Assembly: GCA_900770195.1 (NCBI GenBank)
Contig: CAAGJI010000041.1
Coordinates: 43,719-107,718 of the forward strand
From: Oscillospiraceae bacterium
Lineage (GTDB): Bacteria > Bacillota > Clostridia > Oscillospirales > Ruminococcaceae
Reading direction: 5' to 3'
DNA length: 64,000 nt
The notes beneath the pieces are model-generated. The model saw nothing but the letters and a program-made list of their open reading frames with translations, had not been told where the DNA came from and ran no database searches. Position 1 is the first letter of the stretch, and the number at the start of each line of letters is the position of its first letter. Position numbers and translations under genes: made by a program. This document shows positions 50,173 through 57,168 of the stretch, piece by piece.

Positions 50173-51567
50173 TCATATAATATTAAATTTTCCCGTTGTA
50201 ACATTAACATCTTTTGATGCATTAACTTCTAAACTATTTGCTGTCAACAAAATTTTTCCGTTTCCAATATTGGAAATAATATTTTTGTCTGTAATTTTTA
50301 TTTCTGCTTTTCCGCCAACATTTGAATTAATCTGATTTTTATCAATCACAAATTTATTTTTATCACTGCCTAAAACGATAGAATCATTTTTCAAAGTGAT
50401 ATTATATTCTTTGTTTTTAATATAAATTTCATTTTCATTTATTTCTCCAATATAATCCCATGCTTCAAAAGCGATTTTTTCTTTTTCTATCACACAAGTT
50501 TTATCATATATCTTTATGCTTTTATTGTCAGGATTTTTTATTTTCTCTGCAACAGCTTTTTCTCTTACACAACCATATGCAAAACATTTGTTATTCTGCA
50601 TAATAACTTCTACAATTTCATCAACGTCAGGGACAAAAAATGTTCCGCCATCTTTTGCCGTAAAATTATTAATATACTGAATCCATACCTTTTTATCATT
50701 TATAGAATCTTCAAGTTCTGTAAATTCAACCTGAATCCTTCCAAGATTTTCTTTATCTTTATTATCGGTTACTCTTGCTCTTCCAAGTGAAATTAGATTT
50801 ATCTGATTTTCCGGTTGCTTTTTGTCTTTTAAAATTCTTTCGATTTTGTAATAATACCTTGTATTGTCATCTTTGTATATTACATATGAATAAATCACAA
50901 CATACCATTGACCACTATAATTCACTTTAGTTCCTAATTCTATATACTCTTTATATTCAAACTCGATTATTTCACTATATTCTGTTATACTAATTTTAGC
51001 AGAAATAATATCTTTTTCTTCAAGTGTGAACACACTGTTTAATGAATCATCAATAACAATCTGATTATTTTCACGCTGATTTGAACAAACAAAGAGTTTC
51101 GTATCATTTTCATCTGCAATTCTGTTTGCAAACTGAAAATCCGTTTCATTTTGCTGAACAACCACATCTTCAACTGTTTTTGCAGATATATTTTCTTTTT
51201 TTATTTCAAAAGCAGCTTTATTACTTATCTTTTCAAATATATCTTTATATTTTTTCTCGGGAGACTGATAAACCCTGCTTATTTCAATTGTGTCAGACTC
51301 AATAGAGTCTGACACAACCAAAACATTAACAGCAGCACCTGAATAAGTACTCTGACCTTCAATATTCTTTATTTTACCGCACATAACAAGTTTGCTGTCA
51401 ATATCTGCTTCAACATAAGTATTAGTTTTAACAAACGAAAACAGTTCATAATTATTTTTTAAATCATTCGGAACTATATCAATGTGCATAACGGCATGTT
51501 TACCGCATTCCTTCTCAACTGATATTTTTCTTATTCTTCCTTTTACGGAAAGACTGCTGTTAATCAT
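50173..51567 (-). CDS. VgrG / phage gpD-gpV-like spike protein (short form, 464 aa)
   Basis: gpD/VgrG-like QQNETDFQFANRIADENDTKLFV. gpV OB-fold-like VWIQYINNFTAKDGGTFFVPDVDEIVEVIMQNN. C-terminal beta-helix-like repeats (ITLKNDSIVLGSDKNKFVIDKN...). Confidence 0.6.
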   Translation of the reverse strand: MINSSLSVKGRIRKISVEKECGKHAVMHIDIVPNDLKNNYELFSFVKTNTYVEADIDSKLVMCGKIKNIEGQSTYSGAAVNVLVVSDSIESDTIEISRVYQSPEKKYKDIFEKISNKAAFEIKKENISAKTVEDVVVQQNETDFQFANRIADENDTKLFVCSNQRENNQIVIDDSLNSVFTLEEKDIISAKISITEYSEIIEFEYKEYIELGTKVNYSGQWYVVIYSYVIYKDDNTRYYYKIERILKDKKQPENQINLISLGRARVTDNKDKENLGRIQVEFTELEDSINDKKVWIQYINNFTAKDGGTFFVPDVDEIVEVIMQNNKCFAYGCVREKAVAEKIKNPDNKSIKIYDKTCVIEKEKIAFEAWDYIGEINENEIYIKNKEYNITLKNDSIVLGSDKNKFVIDKNQINSNVGGKAEIKITDKNIISNIGNGKILLTANSLEVNASKDVNVTTGKFNII

Positions 51568-51582
51568 TTTTCACTCCATTTA

Positions 51583-52065
51583 TTATTCTACTTCAATATA
51601 CTGATCATAATTTCCGTTTTTCTGTACAAGATAAAGCTCAAATAAACCGTTATCGTTTTCACCATTTAAATTTTCAGATGGGAAATTTTCAGTAGGAATT
51701 TCATATCCTTCTGTATAATCAATAACAAACATATTTTCTATTTCATAAGATCTAAGCATTTCACTGTTTGAAGTACTTACATATGTTTCAAGTTTTACTT
51801 TTCGATAAATAAGATCCGAATCTGTTTCCTTAGACCAATTTGCAACATCACAAGTAGCTTTCTTGTTATTTGCTGTTATTCTTCCGATTACCCTTATTTC
51901 AGCTCGCACATCATTACTTCTTGCAATTGCGTCATCATTTAATGTGTTTGATTTGTAAGAAGCAGCGATAATATCTTCTTTGCCCTGATGTTCATTTTTC
52001 ATTGAAGATAAAACAATTTCTCCGCCCTTTGAGTCTGTTATTGTTAATCTGTATCCAAGTGCCAT
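51583..52065 (-). CDS. Hcp / tail-tube-like protein (160 aa), tentative
   Basis: Its size, its MA..hhhhI.D.KG N-terminus and its position between a large protein and the spike all fit a tube protein. The call is weak. RBS GGAGG. Confidence 0.4.
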   Translation of the reverse strand: MALGYRLTITDSKGGEIVLSSMKNEHQGKEDIIAASYKSNTLNDDAIARSNDVRAEIRVIGRITANNKKATCDVANWSKETDSDLIYRKVKLETYVSTSNSEMLRSYEIENMFVIDYTEGYEIPTENFPSENLNGENDNGLFELYLVQKNGNYDQYIEVE

Positions 52066-52069
52066 AATA

Positions 52070-54310
52070 TCATTCCTCCGTATTTTCTATTTCTAAATTA
52101 TCAAACTTGTCTTCTTTATCATTGTTAGTAAATTTAACATATGAATAAAGTTTTCCATCTTTTTCTTTACATCCGAATTCTTCCCCATTATAAAGCGGAT
52201 TATTAATGCATCCATCATAACGGTTCCATCTATGATCTGATTTATATTTGTCAAGATTTTTCTTTGAAATTGTTGATTCACCATTTGCAGCTTCATAAAA
52301 AATAAAATCTTTAACTAAAGTTGTAAAAATTCTATTTTCACCCTTAGCCATATTTCTTGCATATTTCACGAATGAATTTTTGACCTTTTCATTGTTATAA
52401 TATCCACAGCAATCGAAAAAGAAACCAAATGGTTCTTCGCTAAGTTCATCAATTAAATCCTTATCATAAGAAAGAATCTCTTCACAATTCATATTTGATA
52501 TAACTTTGTATTTGTTGTCTGAATCCTCAAAATCAAATCTTACACATACCTTAGGAAGATCTTTATTTACATTAAATTTCATCTTTTCAAGCTGCCTGCT
52601 GTCAAGTGACTTTATCACAAGTCCCGCTGCAACATATGGTGCATCTAAATACAGACCGGGATTCTGAATTGTTTCTCCAGCTGCTACCTGTATATCGCCT
52701 GCCTGTATTCCTGACATAAGTGTAAAATTCGGATAAGCAAAGACTGAATATCTGCTATTAATTATGTCTAACTTCTTTTTATATGTATCCAAAACACTCT
52801 TATTCATCTTACTAAAACCGGTTTTTTCACATCCTTTGTAACCAAAAAATGTTGTACACTTTGCTTCAGAAAGAATATCTATTATCTGTTTTGCAGTATC
52901 CAAAGAAATCAGATCCTGTTTTACTTCTGCTTCATCATCATCGTCAAGATTAATATCATCATCTATTTCAAAATCAACATTTTCATTTTGCTCAATATCA
53001 ATAACTTCGTCTTCATCATTTACAGATTCATCAGCATCAGGAATATCAGGAGTATAGAGTCTGCCTGCATTATCTCTGTTAACCAGATCTTCGTCATAAA
53101 TTTGCGGAAGCACAGCAAACCAGATTCTTTTTTCTATATTCCCATTTATGTTGGTCATATATTTTTTAAAATTTTCTTTTATATCTTTATCACTTACTAT
53201 TTCATCTGCTATACAATTAGCAATTATAACAGAACAGTTTCCGCCTGCATTATCGAATAAAGCCTTAACATCTATAATTTTTTCTATTATCTTGTTAATT
53301 GCTTTTAAAAGACTATCCTGTGATGCTTTATAAAAAGCTTTTTGAACCTCATATCTTTTCTTGAGTTTTGGAATGTCTTCACTCGCAACAATACCCGTAT
53401 TATCCGAATATGCTGAGATTACAAGTTTCTTAGTGTAAGAATCACTTTCTGAAGTATTCTCGTTGCCCCCAATGTTAGATTCCAGCAATTTAGTTGCCTG
53501 ATTATTAGCTCTTGTTTCAAGACTTATTGTCTGATTTACATTATTATTAACATCAGTAACTAAAACTTTTTCCTTTACTATATCACCGTCAGAATTATAT
53601 GCCAGTCTGTAAGTATCTCTTTTTGTTGTACTAATTTCTACGGAAGATGACTTTCCATTTTCGTCAGAGTTGATTCCCAGCTTTTTTTGCAAATCCGCAA
53701 CATTTAAACATAAAAGAGCTGTCGGATTATCCCTATATGTTTCGTTGATTTCTGTTATAGTATTTTTTATTTTTTTAGCATAAGATTTCTGTAAAGCCGT
53801 ATTTTTATTATCTTTTGCTTCCAGACACTTCTGAACTAAATAAAGATATTCTCTTCTTTTACTTTTTATCTCTTTAAGCATAGTACTTGGAGATATAAGC
53901 TTTGAAAAACAACTATAGTCAAATTCATAATTTGATTTTCCTGCAACAGCTTTTTTTTCATACATATCAATTGCTGCTTTATAAAAAGCAGTTCTTTCAA
54001 ATTTCATCGGAAGAGCTTCCGGAATATCCGATGGATCTGTTGAATAAACAAAATATCCACCATTATCGTCCTTCTGAAATCCCTGATATAAATCTGGAGC
54101 AAATCTTTCAAGAAAATCATCAAAACTGCTTACTTCAAGTCCTACAACATCAAACTGTTTGTAGTTAAATGTATCTGTATCAGGATCAACAGCACCCTTT
54201 AATGCATTTAAAATTGAAAGAGGTCTCTCTTTGCCAGCAATTTTGGCTGATACTTTATCATTGAATTTTTCAAGGACAAGTACTCGGTTAATACTATCAA
54301 TTTTTCCCAT
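52070..54310 (-). CDS. Large hypothetical protein (746 aa), candidate sheath-like component
   Basis: The true start is the ATG at 54310 with an AAGGAG RBS (ORF-track TTG at 54346). An acidic central linker (DEDEVIDIEQNENVDFEIDDDINLDDDDE) is present. The sheath assignment rests on gene order only. Confidence 0.5.
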   Translation of the reverse strand: MGKIDSINRVLVLEKFNDKVSAKIAGKERPLSILNALKGAVDPDTDTFNYKQFDVVGLEVSSFDDFLERFAPDLYQGFQKDDNGGYFVYSTDPSDIPEALPMKFERTAFYKAAIDMYEKKAVAGKSNYEFDYSCFSKLISPSTMLKEIKSKRREYLYLVQKCLEAKDNKNTALQKSYAKKIKNTITEINETYRDNPTALLCLNVADLQKKLGINSDENGKSSSVEISTTKRDTYRLAYNSDGDIVKEKVLVTDVNNNVNQTISLETRANNQATKLLESNIGGNENTSESDSYTKKLVISAYSDNTGIVASEDIPKLKKRYEVQKAFYKASQDSLLKAINKIIEKIIDVKALFDNAGGNCSVIIANCIADEIVSDKDIKENFKKYMTNINGNIEKRIWFAVLPQIYDEDLVNRDNAGRLYTPDIPDADESVNDEDEVIDIEQNENVDFEIDDDINLDDDDEAEVKQDLISLDTAKQIIDILSEAKCTTFFGYKGCEKTGFSKMNKSVLDTYKKKLDIINSRYSVFAYPNFTLMSGIQAGDIQVAAGETIQNPGLYLDAPYVAAGLVIKSLDSRQLEKMKFNVNKDLPKVCVRFDFEDSDNKYKVISNMNCEEILSYDKDLIDELSEEPFGFFFDCCGYYNNEKVKNSFVKYARNMAKGENRIFTTLVKDFIFYEAANGESTISKKNLDKYKSDHRWNRYDGCINNPLYNGEEFGCKEKDGKLYSYVKFTNNDKEDKFDNLEIENTEE

Positions 54311-54314
54311 TAAA

Positions 54315-54893
54315 CTATTCTCCTTTAAATATTTTTCTAAATCCAAGTCCGATAAAATTTTCTTTTTTCAACTTTTCATACAATATATCAGTAACATAAA
54401 CTGCATCTGAAGTTGAACCGAGAATGCGAAAAATATTATATCTTCCGCACGCACCTGGAATTATTATTGGATTTTCTATATTATAAAATGGAACTATTCC
54501 ATCATTATAATCATATTCATCTGCATCAATTATACCGCTTTTCTCAAAATCAATGCAATCAATTCTTGGAACTGAAACAATCCAGAAAATTTCTTCAATT
54601 CCCACAATATCATCTGAAATAATTACTTTTTTGTAAAACAAATAGTTTACTCTGCAGCTATCCAGAAAAGACTTTAGTTTGTCTGAAAAAAAAAGCAAAT
54701 CTTCACAACGCATTATATCAGGAATATCTATACCTCCTGATTCATCAATTGATATTGTTTCAGCGTCATCATTCAGCATCCATAATTCATCTCTGTAAAA
54801 ATGCGTTTTCAATTTTCTTATATTATCATTTATCAACGGAATTATATAATTTTCCGATATTGATAAAATATTTATTTTATAAATTTCTGACAT
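54315..54893 (-). CDS. Hypothetical protein (192 aa), putative immunity protein for the upstream AHH toxin
   Basis: It lies immediately downstream of the toxin gene with a 1-nt gap and has an RBS GGAGA. It is acidic with no TM. Confidence 0.45.
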   Translation of the reverse strand: MSEIYKINILSISENYIIPLINDNIRKLKTHFYRDELWMLNDDAETISIDESGGIDIPDIMRCEDLLFFSDKLKSFLDSCRVNYLFYKKVIISDDIVGIEEIFWIVSVPRIDCIDFEKSGIIDADEYDYNDGIVPFYNIENPIIIPGACGRYNIFRILGSTSDAVYVTDILYEKLKKENFIGLGFRKIFKGE

Positions 54894-54894
54894 T

Positions 54895-56559
54895 TTAATT
54901 CTCCAAAATATTATCTATTCTTTCTCTTATTATTCTTACAGGAGATTCATAATACATTTCTCCATTTTCTCTGCCTTCTGCAAATAAAATTATTTTCTGT
55001 TCATTTTTTTCACAGTAATCAGATACAGACTTTTCCACAATAGTATCATTAATAACATATTCCCTGTCTTTATCGATTTTCCACGGAATTACATATTCAC
55101 TATCTGTAAGATTTATAAAATACCTGACATTTTCAGCAAATTTTATAAATGAAATATCGTCTTTTATTTCAAATTCATCTAAATTTGAAAACAATATTTT
55201 GTAATTGTCTTTCTGAAATCTTGTAACATTTAATTTCACAGCATAAAATGAACTTTTTTTGTATTTTTCAAATTTATATATAATAATAATCTTTTTTCTT
55301 TTTGGAACATCAAAAGCAAATTTAAAAGCTTCCTTTGAAACATAAAATGGATAACTTTTTTTATATCCCTTTTCAAAGTCAAGTAATTTGTTCATAATCC
55401 TATTTGAAATATGATTCATATTACTTATAAATCGCTTTCTTTTTTCATCATAATTACTTTTGCGGCAGGAATTTTTTTTGTATCTGGATTCAAGCAAATT
55501 AATCTCATGGTCAACTGCTTCAACATAATTTCTGTAAAATTCTATATCTGATGAAGAAACTTTTTCAAGATACTTGCTGATTTCATCAATAGTTTCAGGT
55601 TCTAATGTATATTTATGTCCTCCCACGTGCCATTGCTGTTTCATCAAATCCATCGCAATATATCCATTTGCCTGCTTGACAGTTCCTTCTTTCCCTTCAA
55701 AGGAATGTGTTGTTGGCAATAAAACACAATTATCCGCATTATTTATATCATATTTGTAAAAATTGGCAAGCTTAACAAGATAAGGATGTTTAGCGAAAAT
55801 CTGATTTCCGGAAATAATATGATGTGCTGCCTTACTCCAATTTCCCTCTGTTGATTCCTCATTCTTTTCTTTATTTTTCTCTATATATGTATCATATTTC
55901 TCTTTATATTGATTTTTAAAATTATTTTCAAGTTCTGACGCAGAATTATTAATAGCCGACGCAGAATGTGAAGCTTTTATATAATCACATTTATCTCTTT
56001 CGCAGCAGTTCTCGTAATCACAAAGAGCGTATTCACAATAAAATTTATAATCTGTTTTTTTCTTATCATCATTTTCAATTTCAGATTTTCTTTCTTTTTT
56101 TAACTGATTTTCTTCATTTAAACTATCTGCATTATGTTCTGAAGTATCGCTGAATGAATCTGAAATTGTTGTTTTATTCCCTATATTTGCAATATCTCCA
56201 GCTTCATAAAGAAAAGAAGGACTTTTTTTCTTTTCATTTATTTTAGACGGAACAGGAGCGGATAATTTTTTAATTTTTGAACCCAGAGGACATAATATAT
56301 AAGATTTATCAGTTAACGCTGACTTTCCCTGTATTAATAATTTTGAACTTGTATTGCACCATAAACCACTTACAACTGCACACGAACAAGGTACATTATT
56401 TTGTTTAGGGCAAATTCCCGGAATTTGAAGTTTCAATGTTGAACAATTTGTCAAAACTTTAGATTTATCGGAAAATGCTTTTGCTAAAGCAACTGAAGCG
56501 GAAAAGGTTGTAGTACTGCACTCGCATTTAAAAATACAATTTTCAGTCAACTCTTTCAT
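54895..56559 (-). CDS. PAAR-like (DUF4280) - AHH nuclease polymorphic toxin
   Basis: N-terminal Cys-rich DUF4280 pattern (KCECS ... IPGICP ... CSCAVVSGLWCNTSSKLLIQGKSALTDKSYILCPLGSKI). AHH signature AAHHIISGNQ ... NCVLLP ... HVGGHKYT. The start is the ATG at 56559 with a GAGGGGAG RBS. The ORF-track extension has none. Confidence 0.7.
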   Translation of the reverse strand: MKELTENCIFKCECSTTTFSASVALAKAFSDKSKVLTNCSTLKLQIPGICPKQNNVPCSCAVVSGLWCNTSSKLLIQGKSALTDKSYILCPLGSKIKKLSAPVPSKINEKKKSPSFLYEAGDIANIGNKTTISDSFSDTSEHNADSLNEENQLKKERKSEIENDDKKKTDYKFYCEYALCDYENCCERDKCDYIKASHSASAINNSASELENNFKNQYKEKYDTYIEKNKEKNEESTEGNWSKAAHHIISGNQIFAKHPYLVKLANFYKYDINNADNCVLLPTTHSFEGKEGTVKQANGYIAMDLMKQQWHVGGHKYTLEPETIDEISKYLEKVSSSDIEFYRNYVEAVDHEINLLESRYKKNSCRKSNYDEKRKRFISNMNHISNRIMNKLLDFEKGYKKSYPFYVSKEAFKFAFDVPKRKKIIIIYKFEKYKKSSFYAVKLNVTRFQKDNYKILFSNLDEFEIKDDISFIKFAENVRYFINLTDSEYVIPWKIDKDREYVINDTIVEKSVSDYCEKNEQKIILFAEGRENGEMYYESPVRIIRERIDNILEN

Positions 56560-56637
56560 ATTTACTCCCCTCACCCAAAACAACAGATATAATAAATTTA
56601 ACGCAAAAATTAATTCAGAGTGTGTTAAAATAAATAT

Positions 56638-56652
56638 AAAAAAAAAAAAAAA
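56638..56652. repeat. Homopolymeric A15/T15 tract in the island operon leader
   Basis: It lies between the island promoter and the first RBS. Confidence 0.9.
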
Positions 56653-56673
56653 CAATGTACACTCCCACAAAAT

Positions 56674-56702
56674 ATTATACACTGTTTTCTTCTAAAAGTC
56701 AA
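56674..56702 (-). promoter_or_regulatory. Sigma-A consensus promoter for the island operon
   Basis: On the minus strand: TTGACT, a 17-bp spacer, then TG-TATAAT. Confidence 0.55.
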
Positions 56703-56933
56703 GTAGGTATGCAAATATTATCTACTTTTTGCGAATTTTGTAATGAAAATAAAGTGTATTGCCTCTTGGCTATTATTTTTACAAACCAAAATAAAAATTT
56801 TCCTTCTTAATTATTTATTCGCTGAATACTCAAATATAATTCTATCAAAAAAATTTGAAGCTCACAAATCACAAGCATCTTCTCATTCCCAATAAATATA
56901 ATAACACATTTTTAAACATATATAAATATAAAA

Positions 56934-56971
56934 CAGTTCCGAAAAAAAATTAAATTTTCGGAACTGTTTTT
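56934..56971. terminator. Strong bidirectional hairpin terminator in the intergenic region
   Basis: 12-bp perfect stem cagttccgaaaa / ttttcggaactg with a 9-nt loop. T-runs on both sides. Confidence 0.55.
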
Positions 56972-57120
56972 AATTGACTAAATAATATTTTTAGACGATC
57001 TGCTTAATTATGATTTTATATCAACAGATTTTTCCCTGAAATATCTTTTTGAATTATAAAAATAAATCCCTATCAAAATTATGATTTAATCTGCCGGAAA
57101 ACTTTTTATATATAAAAAAA

Positions 57121-57150
57121 ATAAGAGGCAGAAACTGCCTCTTATTTTGT
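57121..57150 (-). terminator. Terminator of the GH26 gene
   Basis: Stem aagaggcag / ctgcctctt with loop aaac. On the minus strand it is followed by TTTTTTTT. Confidence 0.6.
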
Positions 57151-57168
57151 ATTTATTCATATTGAAAG

